A DNA stretch of 63,016 nucleotides, the filler included, from Lenisia limosa (lineage: Eukaryota; Protista; Breviatea), in NCBI GenBank assembly GCA_001655205.1. It is 11 parts of 11 records of this genome, joined end to end, with 100 filler letters (N's around TTAATTAATTAA, not from the genome) between each part and the next. Parts side by side here need not be neighbours in the genome. Positions count along the whole stretch, not along the records: positions 49,219 to 50,893 come from LPNZ01001715.1; positions 50,994 to 53,494 come from LPNZ01000513.1; positions 53,595 to 56,970 come from LPNZ01008630.1; positions 57,071 to 63,016 come from LPNZ01009686.1; 7 more parts are not named here. One strand, written 5' to 3'. How positions within the stretch are numbered: the stretch's first letter is position 1; every line of letters begins with the position of its first letter. The position numbers were made by a program, and so were the translations under genes. Below are positions 50,421-61,852 of the stretch, in pieces. The notes beneath the pieces are model-generated. The model saw only the letters and a list, made by a program, of their open reading frames with translations. It had not been told where the DNA came from and did no database searches.

Positions 50421-50630
50421 TTCTATATGTGATATATGTTTTTATGACTCGTGAACTTTTAGTTTCATTGTTCTTCCTTTCTAAAAATACAGTACATATA
50501 CATACCATGATAAAAAACAATATCGTGATAAGAAAGTTAACATTGTAGACGTCTTATATATCTTCAGTCTTTATTTTAGTAGTTAATACATTTAATATCA
50601 CAAATACCATAAGAAAGGTGACCATTTTAG

Positions 50631-50707
50631 ACATACAAGCCTTCAAGGCAGCCAATCCTGGCAGTTGCTTCGAGGACTTTATCAGATGGTTTTCGCCTCG
50701 AGACTGG
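50631..50707 (+). CDS. RAB3GAP1: Rab3 GTPase-activating protein catalytic subunit, single internal exon
   Basis: ttttag|DIQAFKAANPGSCFEDFIRWFSPRDW|gtgggg matches the conserved SDM.AFKAANPG..LEDF.RW.SPRD catalytic-region motif. Confidence 0.9.
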
Positions 50708-50784
50708 GTGGGGCGGGGGTCTAAGTTGGAACAATGGAGGGGTTATGCAACAGAAAAATCTGTGAATTAAGGACATTGTGCGGT

Positions 50785-50893
50785 GGAACAATGGAGCTAG
50801 GAGGAGGAAGAAGAGGGGTCTAAGTTGTTGGAATGGAGGAGGAGGAGGAGGAAGAAGAGGGGTCTAAGTTGTTGGAATGGAGGAGGAGGAGGA
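50785..50893. repeat. GGA-rich compound tandem repeat at contig end
   Basis: GAGGGGTCTAAGTTGTTGGAATGGAGGAGGAGG repeated. Confidence 0.8.
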
Positions 50894-50993
50894 NNNNNNN
50901 NNNNNNNNNNNNNNNNNNNNNNNNNNNNNNNNNNNNNTTAATTAATTAANNNNNNNNNNNNNNNNNNNNNNNNNNNNNNNNNNNNNNNNNNNN
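50894..50993. other. Artificial contig-joining spacer
   Basis: Same structure. Confidence 0.97.
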
Positions 50994-51239
50994 TAATAAT
51001 AATAATAATATCCCAAAATCAACTCAGCTATGAAAGCCAAACAAATAAGGGTTAAAAACAACAGAGAATGAGAAAGAATTGAGGAAAACAAATCAAGCCG
51101 CATCTAAAATAATTTTTACCAATGGGAAAGCTCATAGATATTCAGAATTAGGCCCCTTATTTCACATTTTGCTGATCAGGAGCTTGGGCCAGGCAGGGTT
51201 TGTGTGCAATCTTTTGTGCACAGTTTCACAATAAACGTA

Positions 51240-51800
51240 TAACTTCATTCATGATGAAACCAAGTTCATGATAGATCGGCTGCACGATGACCTTGTAATT
51301 CAGCAAAAAGACGGCTGATATGGCCGTTCCGCCTCCTGGAAACGAATAGAGCCGACTTGCTTCGATCTCACTAGTGCCCTCAAAGCGTTGGCATCCTCCC
51401 TTTCGACAGACTTCACAAGAAGGTCAAAGTACCTGTCAGACTCCACAGACTCCAGAGTTGGCACCTCATCCCATCTGGATCCGAAGTTCCATTTTATAAC
51501 TTTAAGAATAAATATGAGCACTAACCCTGAGATACTCTATACTTGCAACAATCGCAAAAGGGTTTGCAGCTTCTTTAGAAGAGCCTTCCAGAAGGAAACC
51601 AAAAATAAGGCTGGAATATTTCCAAAGTAATCATAGTATTTTCTGACATGGTTGTTTCCATACCGGTCAGCGAAACAACCTCCCCTGGGACCGTTTCCAA
51701 AAGCATCATGAAATCTCTGCATTTTCTTGGTTTGCAAGAAAAACCCGGTACATAAACGGCGACGTTGCCGTCACGTGGGGATGATTTGAATACTGCAGCC
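51240..51800 (-). CDS. Hypothetical protein
   Basis: Open segments AAVFKSSPRDGNVAVY, RFHDAFGNGPRGGCFADRYGNNHVRKYYDYFGNIP, WNFGSRWDE, VCRKGGCQRFEGTSEIEASRLYSFPGGGTAISAVFLLNYKVIVQPIYHE; exon phasing not fully resolved. Confidence 0.5.
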
Positions 51801-51973
51801 CTGATGAAATAAGAAACGACATATGTATATATGACGCCAACATAAGAAATCAATGTTATCATATCACTTGTTGTTAATTTTCACACGTGCGAACTTTCAT
51901 TTTCTGTGTACGCATTTATATTTCATTAAACCGGATACACTGTTTGGGCTCTCACTTATTCCTTATGTATTAG

Positions 51974-53359
51974 AATACGTGTAACAGGCATCTTCAACCG
52001 AGCTGTGGACGCCTACCTAGAGAATGCATTTCCTCATGACGAGCTCAGACCGCTGTCGTGTACAGGAAAAGATACCTATGGAGGGTGAGCTGTGGTTATT
52101 AGTAGTGCTTCACTTACGGTCCGAAAAGACTGCTAAAAATAATATTTATCGAGGCTTGATGGAGATTTTTCTGATCAAAGGAAGCCTTAGTTATAGGGTC
52201 TTGCATATTTTTATTTACTATATATAATTATATAACAACCTTTCCATCTGTAATTATCTACAACTCTTTTTCTGATGTTCACCTTTTCAGGTTATCCATT
52301 ACTGCCATTGATATTCTGTCTTCTCTTGCAGTAAGCGTGTTGGTCTTGGATATTTGACAACCAAATTCAAATATAATATAAGATTGTGAAAATCCCAAGA
52401 TTATTCTAATTCCTGGTTATTTTTAGTGTGTGTAAGTGCATGTATGTATGTGTTGTAGTTTTAATTTGAATATTAATTATCCTCACGCTGAGTTTGATGG
52501 CATTTTTCGCACCAGAACTTGTCAAAAAACAATTAAATGCACAGTGTCTGTGCTACTTTGAACTCCTTTCTTTATTGCCTCCTAGATCTTCGGACAGACC
52601 CACAAGTTCAGGGACTTGAGTGAACGTATTCGAGGTATTTCTTTCGATATCAACAGACGAGTGTCCGTGTTTGAGACGAACATTCGGATTGTTGGAGGCC
52701 TCATTTCTGCCCGTGAGCTTCTGCGAACTGCTGTTTATCTTATATTATATTCTTTATCATTGAAATGGGGGCTTTGCTTATCATGCAATATATCGCTGAG
52801 TGCTCTTTATTGGGCGATTACTAATCCTTTCTCTCCCATCCCACTCGCCTCGGGAGAAATGGGGGAGGGGGGGGGCGGAGATGGAGGTAGTATGTAGGAG
52901 ATAGGGAAGATAGTTATCCTTCTTTTCAACACAATTTCTTTTCATCTTCATCATGCTCCCATCCATTTAATGAGCAGTGTCGTTTTTAGACATGTAACTT
53001 CTCCAATTACAATGTAGATGCTTTGGCATCGGACCCATCGCTTGGAATCTACGCCAAAAGTAGGCAGACGCTTCATTGAATCATTTGAAATTCAAAAGTT
53101 GAACTTCTTGAATTTTTCTGTGCGATCAATCAAGATATATTTGCTGCTTCAACTAATCTGAACTCAAAGTCCTCTGGCTTCTTCACCCCTGGTCACCCAC
53201 AGCAGGGAATTCGTTTCTGGGATCAAATTGGCCTCAAAACGGATGATTTATTCTCACTCTCTAGACGAGTATGACGGATTTCTGCTCGACAAAGCAGTTG
53301 ACGTTGCCGATAGGCTGTTACCGGCTTTCAACACCCCGACCGGAATGCCGTATACAATG
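51974..53359 (+). CDS. EDEM: EDEM-type GH47 alpha-1,2-mannosidase-like protein, 5' part
   Basis: IFNRAVDAYLENAFPHDELRPLSCTGKDTYGG / LSITAIDILSSLA / IFGQTHKFRDLSERIRGISFDINRRVSVFETNIRIVGGLISA / DEYDGFLLDKAVDVADRLLPAFNTPTGMPY; AFP.DEL.PL.C is the EDEM signature. First exon not fixed. Confidence 0.95.
52105..52187. mobile_element. Family A MITE in EDEM intron
   Basis: TA|GTGCTTCACTTACGGTCCGAAAAGAC...AAAGGAAGCCT|TA. Confidence 0.75.
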
Positions 53360-53375
53360 GTATGAGTTACCACAA

Positions 53376-53458
53376 GAGCTTCCATACGGTCCGAAAAAGT
53401 CAAAATTCGAGGATTAATCAAGAGAAATTCAGTCATTTTTCGGACCTTTTGGAAGCGC
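53376..53458. mobile_element. Family A MITE in EDEM intron
   Basis: GAGCTTCCATACGGTCCGAAAAAG...CGGACCTTTTGGAAGCGC. Confidence 0.75.
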
Positions 53459-53494
53459 TTGTTATCACCCCCCCCCCTCCACCCACCAAAATAA

Positions 53495-53594
53495 NNNNNN
53501 NNNNNNNNNNNNNNNNNNNNNNNNNNNNNNNNNNNNNNTTAATTAATTAANNNNNNNNNNNNNNNNNNNNNNNNNNNNNNNNNNNNNNNNNNNN
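53495..53594. other. Artificial contig-joining spacer
   Basis: Same structure; separates EDEM from DOCK. Confidence 0.97.
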
Positions 53595-53747
53595 GGGGGG
53601 AGGGGGGTGCGAATGGAATGAGACAAATGTTTAATCATCAAATTTATCGCGTATAATTCAAGGGGACAGTTGAAGTGGTATACCTGGGAAACCCTCCTGG
53701 TATGCTCTTGCAAAAGCTTCAGAAGGTTTTTTTAAAAATAATTAACA

Positions 53748-56700
53748 TACTTGACTCCAAATTCCAGACTGCCAAACCTGCAAGTCCACAGTACGACGAT
53801 GGTAGTGGTGATACAACAAGGTTGAGGGAGAGCCCCGAAGGAAGGCAGTCAACTGAACAAGAGCCGCGGTTCGGTCGTCATTGAACGCCGAGTCAGTAGG
53901 GCATGATTGCAGGGCTATGAACAATTCGAGGAGTTGCTCAAGGTTATTAACGAGGTCCGCTGCGGCCTTGTTGGTTTTGGCGAACGCTACTCGAAGTACA
54001 GAAATGAATTCCTCGGCCCATGTCGCGGAAATGGTGCGTTCTGCGAAATGAGGGGAGTGTNNNNNNNNNNNNNNNNNNNNNNNNNNNNNNNNNNNNNNNN
54101 NNNNNNNNNNNNNNNNNNNNNNNNNNNNNNNNNNNNNNNNNNNNNNNNNNNNNNNNNNNNNNNNNNNNNNNNNNNNNNNNNNNNNNNNNNNNNNNNNNNN
54201 NNNNNNNNNNNNNNNNNNNNNNNNNNNNNNNNNNNNNATCACTGCGAGGAAACAAGGTAATGTGTGTTATAGTTAGGGCTTCATTTCGGTTCGAAAAAGG
54301 ACTGAATTTCTCGATAAATCCTCAAACTATCGATATTTTACCGATCTTTTTCGACCGAAGTGAAGCCCGTGTTATAGTCTCTTAATTCTCTCTTCTTCAT
54401 TTACCCCTCCTCTCTCTCCTTTACATTCTTCTNNNNNNNNNNNNNNNNNNNNNNNNNNNNNNNNNNNNNNNNNNNNNNNNNNNNNNNNNNNNNNNNNNNN
54501 NNNNNNNNNNNNNNNNNNNNNNNNNNNNNNNNNNNNNNNNNNNNNNNNNNNNNNNNNNNNNNNNNNNNNNNNNNNNNNNNNNTATATCATATGTACAAAT
54601 GCACACCTAACCCCCCTCCCCCCACGTTCGTTGACAACGTTGAGAATTCCGATGACCAGTTTGTAGGCCTCTGTAAACGTTCCGTCACGGGCGAAGAATG
54701 TCCCAAAGTATTTACCCAGAATGTTCAAGGCCGTCTCTCTGACAAACCTAGAGGGTCATTGGTAAATATTGGACGTAGAGAAGAAAAGAAGAAAATCTAA
54801 ATAAAGCAAAGAAGAAAAGGCGTACTTTTCTTTGACGAGTGAGAGGATGATCAGGGGTTCGACCCGGGTCTCAAGCGCTGACGAGTGTTCCGGTTTGGCA
54901 AGGAACTCGATAAACCTGGTGCATCAATATGAGGGGTTCTATCTATGGCATGTGCAAATTGAAAAAGAAAAGCACAACCAAAAACAAAACAAAAACAAAC
55001 TATTTCTGCCTGTTTTATGGGGTTCCTAGGTATGGATTTATAATCTACGCTTTTGTCTATACAAATCCCAGAATCTTAAAGCAGGGTGCCAATCCAGAAA
55101 ATTGTCAGAATTTCACAAATATTTTGGTCAGTATGATAATCACAGCATTTGCTTTCTTGCTTCCAAAACAGCTGCTTTTATAGCAGTAAATAAAAAACAC
55201 AGGTTAAACGCTCGGTTTTGGCTATATTTGTGATTCATCCGAGCCAGTTTCTGGATTGGCACTGCTTTATGATGGTAGATAGTCTGAAATTCAATTTTCG
55301 ATTCTAGTGACAAATATAATTAGTATGTAACTCACCTGGGGAAGGCTTTGAAAAGGACCTCCGCTGCCGTCACTCTTAGGTCACCGTAAAGCTTCGTCAG
55401 GTGAGCCCTCTGGGGGGGGGGGGNNNNNNNNNNNNNNNNNNNNNNNNNNNNNNNNNNNNNNNNNNNNNNNNNNNNNNNNNNNNNNNNNNNNNNNNNNNNN
55501 NNNNNNNNNNNNNNNNCTGAAGGGTAAATGATGGGAATTTCGATTAAGAATAAGAGCGTTAATTACCCTCCCCTGACTACGGATAGAATAATTCCAAGGC
55601 ACCCCCCCTCCCACCTTGTCCTCCTGCATGGTGTCCAACTGGAGAGAGGGGTGCATGGCAACAACCTGTGTTTGATCGCATAGAAGACACCAAAGGTTCA
55701 CGATCAGCTCCGAGTCCTGGAGGGATCAAACAGAGTTTCAAATGGGAAAGTTGCCTCGAATTGCAGATAAATGATCGACGAATATGTACATGTACATATC
55801 ATATATTATTCTATTTTTTTTTTTATTGATACGGCTTCACTTCGATTCATTAAAAGACGGAATCTCCCGATAAATCCTCGAAAACTATTGATATGTTACT
55901 GGTCTTTTTCGAACCTAAGTGAAGCCCTAGTTATTGATAATGTGCTTAAAATCGATTTTGAGAAATAAGGAAAGAGTATTGTGAGTCGTGTTCAATCTGA
56001 CTGGATATCCGAGACAAATGTTCAATTTGAAACCCTGATTTAAAACACGTGGAAAGTGAAAGCATGTGGAATGGAAATAAGGGGAGTATTAGGCCGTAGC
56101 CTTACATTCATCACTTATAAGAGATACAGCTAGAGCATCACTTCGATACGAAAAAGACCGGTAAAATATCGATAGTTCGATCGACGAATTATTGATAAAT
56201 ACAGATTGTTTTCGAACCGAAGTGAAGCCCAAGATACTGGCATTTTAACCTGAAACCGAAATATTCTCTTTTCGGAAAGACCAAAAAAGAAAGCATCAGG
56301 ACATGCACATCAGAGGCACCTGCGGGCCTACCTGATTTGGAAGGCTTTCCAAAACGGTAATCAAGGTCGGCAGAGTACGTAGAATGGCGCGGACTGTGAC
56401 CATCCGCATAGCCGCCCAATCGTGGGGGTAGGCTTCTTTTGTGAGCAAAACGTATCGACAGCGCAGCAGCAGCATGAGACATCCCTGGGGGGGGGGGGGT
56501 AAAATTGAATAATTTTTNNNNNNNNNNNNNNNNNNNNNNNNNNNNNNNNNNNNNNNNNNNNNNNNNNNNNNNNNNNNNNNNNNNNNNNNNNNNNNNNNNN
56601 NNNNNNNNNNNNNNNNNNNNNNNNNNNNNNNNNNNNNNNNNNNNNNNNNNNNNNNNNNNNNNNNNNNNNNNNNNNNNNNNNNNNNNNNNNNNNNNNNNNA

Positions 56701-56935
56701 AATAAAAAGCGCGAAAGTAAAAATTGGAAATCAATATCGCTAATGGGAGGGTGAAAGCAATTTACCCCCCATCACACTATAAAAAAAAACCTCACGACAC
56801 CTCCTCCTCTAACCTCACGACTTTCGAACTCCTCTTCTTCGCTCTCAGCGGTTCTAGTGGGCAGGCCCATGAAAAGGTTCAGTAGAGAATCCTCCGAAAT
56901 AAGGGCCAGAAGAGCCACTAGAAGAGTGGCTGTAT
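53748..56935 (-). CDS. DOCK: DOCK180-related (DOCK-A/B type) Rac GEF, central armadillo region
   Basis: Exons LLTKEAYPHDWAAMRMVTVRAIL, ELIVNLWCLLCDQTQVVAMHPSLQLDTMQEDK, RAHLTKLYGDLRVTAAEVLF, and LVNNLEQLLELFIALQ...DDRTAALVQLTAFLRG...LYHHYHRRTVDLQ follow the order of the DOCK1-5 motifs YP.DW..M, SLQLE, YGDMR, RM..TV.LL.F...Y.RY...L.DLH. Confidence 0.85.
54276..54368. mobile_element. Family A MITE in DOCK intron
   Basis: TA|GGGCTTCATTTCGGTTCGAAAAAGGACTGAATTTCTCGATAAATCCTC...CGACCGAAGTGAAGCCC. Confidence 0.88.
55832..55927. mobile_element. Family A MITE in DOCK intron
   Basis: TA|CGGCTTCACTTCGATTC...GAACCTAAGTGAAGCCC|TA. Confidence 0.85.
56133..56230. mobile_element. Family A MITE adjacent to/nested in a family B remnant
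   Basis: TA|GAGCATCACTTCGATAC...GAACCGAAGTGAAGCCC, directly after CACTTATAAGAGATACAGC. Confidence 0.8.
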
Positions 56936-56970
56936 TTTGGTAGTTCAGCTAAAAGTGTGAACTGCGGTGA

Positions 56971-57070
56971 NNNNNNNNNNNNNNNNNNNNNNNNNNNNNN
57001 NNNNNNNNNNNNNNTTAATTAATTAANNNNNNNNNNNNNNNNNNNNNNNNNNNNNNNNNNNNNNNNNNNN
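56971..57070. other. Artificial contig-joining spacer
   Basis: Same structure. Confidence 0.97.
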
Positions 57071-57246
57071 AAAAGATGCCAAGGCCTCAGACCACTCCAA
57101 ATGCACAGGAATTAAATCTAAAGAGTTATTACTATGAAACAGCCAAAATAAAAGTTGAAAGGGAGCATGTGGATTTCATGACAATTGATTTGCTCTTTTG
57201 GAATTGTTCCTTTTTTGAGTTGGCAGCAAAGGAGTTCCATTGACTC

Positions 57247-57672
57247 ACGTGTTACAGGAGCTTGGTGTCCGCATAGGACTGAAAACGGAATATATCTTCC
57301 TGGGTACTACAACAATCAAATAAATAACGGGAAATTCACTCAGGAAAACGTTGAAGACAATTCCTTAAGTTTTTTTGCTAAAAGAAGGAAGAAAAAAAAA
57401 AAAAAAGTTAAGGGTAANNNNNNNNNNNNNNNNNNNNNNNNNNNNNNNNNNNNNNNNNNNNNNNNNNNNNNNNNNNNNNNNNNGAATCTAAATACCTCAG
57501 GGTCTGAATGCCAGAGAGCAACTTGACCCTCCCTTGATCCAGTAGCTACAATAGGCGTCGAGGGCTTGGACTTTTCGTCTTTCCTCGCCAAATTCATACA
57601 GAAAGCAACAGATGATATCGTATGGACGGGAGGAGCGCCCCAGAACGTCACTGGGTAATACAATGAAGTCAT
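57247..57672 (-). CDS. WDR7: WDR7/WDR72 (rabconnectin-3 beta-like) WD40 protein, N-terminus
   Basis: MTSLYYPVTFWGAPPVHTISSVAF...IVATGSREGQVALWHSDPE / GRYIPFSVLCGHQAPVT matches the WDR7 start (LWG..APTH.IS...IVTG..DGQI.LW...P...L.GH...IT). Confidence 0.85.
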
Positions 57673-57999
57673 CTTGACAACCTCTACTGGGATTCCAAAA
57701 CTGGTTCAGATCATAAATCTAAATAATTTTACATACCCACACTTCTTTTAACCATTAACCCTATTTTAGTGAAAAACGAGAAAATGTAAGTGAGGGGTAT
57801 AAACCCCCAGTGTTTTTCGGGTTATACGTATCACCCATCAATTATATTTTACCATTTTACTACAGTGCCAATACCAGGTGCAACAATACAAAGATACAAA
57901 GCAAGGCAATTGCATTTTTTGTGCATTTTCCCATAACATTGTACATCAGTAATAAATAAATCACAAATTAAATATTAAATAAACTCAGACCATTGGACA

Positions 58000-60900
58000 T
58001 TAGGCAAGAAGAAGAATAACAGTAGTGCAAGTGACCATGAACACGACCCCAGTGGAGGCGGTTATCTTGGCTAATTTGCGGTGAATTAGCTCGGAAGACG
58101 AACAACTACTGGCAGGGAAAATCTTGAGGTAGAACAGAGAGGGGACAATGTAGGTGATGAGAGTGCTACAAATGGCACCTGCAAAATTAGGAACACAAAT
58201 CTAAACTTGGATATCATATAGTATTATATGTTGTCCCACGCATAAAAAAAAAAATAGAAATATTTATTATTGTCGAAAAAAAAAAACCCGGGCCTGAGCG
58301 TATTGGGTATTGGTGGTATTGGTAATGTTACGGGCTAGATTTCAAGTACTTCAATCCTACCGGTCAGCGAAAATACAATCCCAAGATCATCTGACAGAAC
58401 TCCGATACACATAGGGAGAAGGAACACCTAAAATAAAGTAAATAAATCATCAAGACAATACACAGGTAAAAATGGTAGCACACCAAATCTGACTCCAAAA
58501 GCAATCACTTACCAGTAAGGATTCAGCTATATGAACACCATACTTCCTAAGTCGATTGGGTGAGTCCCATGATTTGCCAGAAAAAAGAATGTTATCCTGA
58601 TGGTTAAGAGATCTTGGTAATAGAAAATGAAGTTTGTAATGTAACAAGTACCACTCACAATAGACTGTCTTGCAGGATGCGATAAAAGAGGAAAACTGAA
58701 AGCAGAGACCAAACAAAGAGCCATTCTACAAATGTTGTCAAACAATTATTTACAACATGACATGAGGGTAGCAAACCGTCCAACTGAAATCCAGACATCT
58801 TCGTCGTAGTTCTTGAGGAGGTTACTTTCAACGTCCTAAATGATAAACGAATGTATTACGCTGGTCATGATTCCGCTTTGATTTTGAACTTTTAAATGAA
58901 TCAACCACCCCCGTGTACCTCATAGAAAGATATGTAGCCAAATAAGCCAACAGAAGTGTACACACTACCACAGGTCAGGACTCCTGTGAGTACAACCTAG
59001 CGGGTCAGTAAACTGTTCAAGAAGCTAGTGTCACATTTCAAAGTCTCTTTGCTCTTGGGGGCTAAAAAGGATAGGGGTTATGCTTACAGCCAAAGATATC
59101 CGAGGTTATTTTAAATGAAACGAGAAAATACAGATCACTGCATGGCTAATATACCATAATAAGGTGATCAGAATCAAATGTGCTGGGTGCGATTCTTTTA
59201 AAAAATATATTTACAGCGATAATAATAGTCTCTGCTGGGTGTTAACAGTTTAAACGGAAGATAATACAATTTTACATTGCATTAAAATGATAAAACTACA
59301 TAATGTGAAGAGCAAAAAGAGTTATCTGGATGCTCTCTTGGCTTGGAATAGGTAATGTTATCGCTCAAACTCTCTTGTTTTCACTATATTATAGAGAAAT
59401 ACGTAACTTGTTACTATACCAGATAACATAAATGTTTGGTTCATACCTGGAGGGTTCTTCCAGGTGTGTGATTTCGAAGTTCTGAACGGATTTTGTAAAT
59501 ATTTTGGTGGCAAGTGAAGGAAAACACCACAATTGGTATTGCCTGCATTGTAAATTGAAAAATATATTATAAGTTAAATTGGTGAAAAGCGTTGATATTA
59601 CAGCACTAATCAAAACAAAGAAACCTGTTGAAAAATCTATACAAACCTTGAAAGCTTCAAGATTGAATTTGAAATATGTGGACCTGGATGATTAGGATAA
59701 GTGAGGTGTATGGATTGGGAAATGATTTCATGTATATTATATGATACAGTAGCATCGAAAGAATTGTCTTGAATGGGTATATTAAAATTGAATGTACAAA
59801 GGGGAATAATTCAGGATCATCAGTTACTTACTTTTCAAAGACACTTGTAACAACATCACCACCAGAAAAGTAAATCACAATGAGCTAGAACGGGTGAGGC
59901 AAAGATAAAGATTATTCAATATTATTTACTCTAAAGTATCAACCGCACCCACAATAAGATAAGTTATAGAAACCAAAGAAGCAGTGGACGTCCATCTAAG
60001 AGGTGAAATTAATGTTTAACTTCCCCTTGACGAACTTAAATAATTCAGTTTGGTGTCTATAGTCATGCTCAGGGGTAGCATATATTAAACTTGGTGCGAA
60101 TAAAAAGTCAAAACCCACTTTAACGCCGAAAGATGGCGCATGAACACTAACGGACCAATTAGGAGACATCCAACGCTAATTACCCAGAATTCTCTTCTGA
60201 GAAGGAGCGACGATGAACCTGCAAGCAATAATTGATCTAACACACTAGTTAAGTACATCCTATATTAATATCATATATTACTACAACTACAAAGTATATC
60301 ATATCATATGTTATCTAACAAGAAGCGCTGCGTATCATTTTAAAGTGTTGAAAACAAATTCACATTGTGTCTAATACTGTAAAGGTGAATACAAACCACA
60401 CCATTCTAGTTAATAAGATCAAATTACTGTGATAAGTCTCAATAGTATTTTCAGTTAAGATTTGAAGCACATTATCCAGTCATATACCTTCGGAAACACC
60501 AAAAACATGTACCATCACAGGTGGCATGAGATCACCAATAATGATCATATACGCACTGCATACCTACTCAGTAAGAAACTGCCGGATCAACTAGTATGAC
60601 AGATTTCACTCACTCCAATTGATTTGAGGGCTATGGCAAAGTCAACCAAATGCTTGAGGTTTGGAACGGCTTCTAGTGCCACTGAACGAAAGCCTGTTTT
60701 GTAAAAAGTTACTGTTGATTAAAATATTGACAAAAAAATTGCATGAGGTGTTGTCTGTTGGTTTGACTGCAATCAAAAAAATATGTTCTCGAATACGCAA
60801 TCCACAGGAATACATACTTTGAGATCTCGGAACCCTTGTTGCCGTTTTGGAAAGGAGAAACAAGGTGTACGTAGCAACAGCGCCAGCAAAGAGAAGCATC

Positions 60901-61373
60901 TGATGTATAAGAATAGAAAACTTGATGCACAGTTCTGTAGCGTTTGGAAAAAGGAAACAACAAAAGCACCTTAAATAGCTGCCAATGATAAACTGATAGA
61001 AAATAATTTTGATGAAGCAGTTATATTATACCAAAGCACTCCCCACAAAATGCAAAGTTTCATCCATATCATTACCCGGGTACCAGGAGTGCAAAGCCAA
61101 GCCCAGAGAGCTTGAATACTAGCGGTACCCCTAGTGTACCAGCACCCAAAATCGTATTTGCTGAGGGAAAGGAAGTGAAAAAAAGTCAAATAAAGACAGT
61201 AACATAAAGAAGTTGGTCACCACAATCAATGGGAAAAGAGGACATTCTACATTCACCCACGCACCAAGGGAAACCACGGCCACCTTCCTGGACGTGTGGC
61301 CATCTTCATCAATTGCGGACTTGGATGAAGACTTTGTCTTCTCTAAAAGAACAGACACCTCACTTCGGTCCAT
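58000..61373 (-). CDS. Amino acid transporter, AAAP/SLC38 family
   Basis: MDRSEVSVLLEKTK... / SANTILGAGTLGVPLVFKLSGLGFALL / MLLFAGAVATYTLFLLSK / AYMIIIGDLMP / RREFWVISVGCLLIGPLVFMRHLSALK / SVYTSVGLFGYISFYE / DVESNLLKNY / GAICSTLITYIVPSLFYLKI...VILLLA*. Confidence 0.92.
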
Positions 61374-61852
61374 TCTCGTCTGTTCAGATTATGATGGGAG
61401 AAAAAAAAAAAAGGGATCACCAAATGTCAGATTCCACAGTACCCTCAATCATTTCAAGAAAACCAACTCTGCAAACTCACATCAAAAATTATGAGGGAAA
61501 CAAAGCAGTCACACTTGATAGCACTTTATAGAGACTTGTTCGCTACATCTCAAGCAACAAAGTCCTCCGGTTTCAACTTTTCCTCCTTCACAGATTAACC
61601 CGCAAAAAATTGAGAAAAGGGGAAAAGGGGTGGCAGATGGGAAAATTGGAAAGTTCAAAACTCATGATCTCATGTGTCAGAAAAAGTATCTCCGCGGCCG
61701 GATTAAGCTTCCGATTCCGACATTTTTAAAAAAATCACCGACGCATTTTACAGACATTTCACATTCATTATTCAGGAAGAACTTGGGAAGGAAACTTACT
61801 GCTTCAAACAAGGACATAATACAAAGGATTTTCTTCGTTTTTGCCTTTTAAA

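Noticed and set aside
55639-55665. 27-nt GT-AG micro-intron in DOCK
   Set aside because: In frame, stop-free, and encodes VVAMHPSLQ, which matches the conserved DOCK SLQLE motif; it is coding.
4816-57026. Recurrent TTAATTAATTAA palindrome as a biological motif
   Set aside because: Always centred in exactly 44+44 N; it is a six-frame-stop linker added when contigs were concatenated.
210-57526. ORF-track entries with long X runs and most 60-130 aa ORFs
   Set aside because: They read through N gaps or are antisense/intronic chance ORFs; real genes here are split into short exons.
61357-61373. Family A TIR-like CACTTCGGTCC
   Set aside because: It is the antisense of the first codons (MDRSEV) of the transporter; no core or second TIR.
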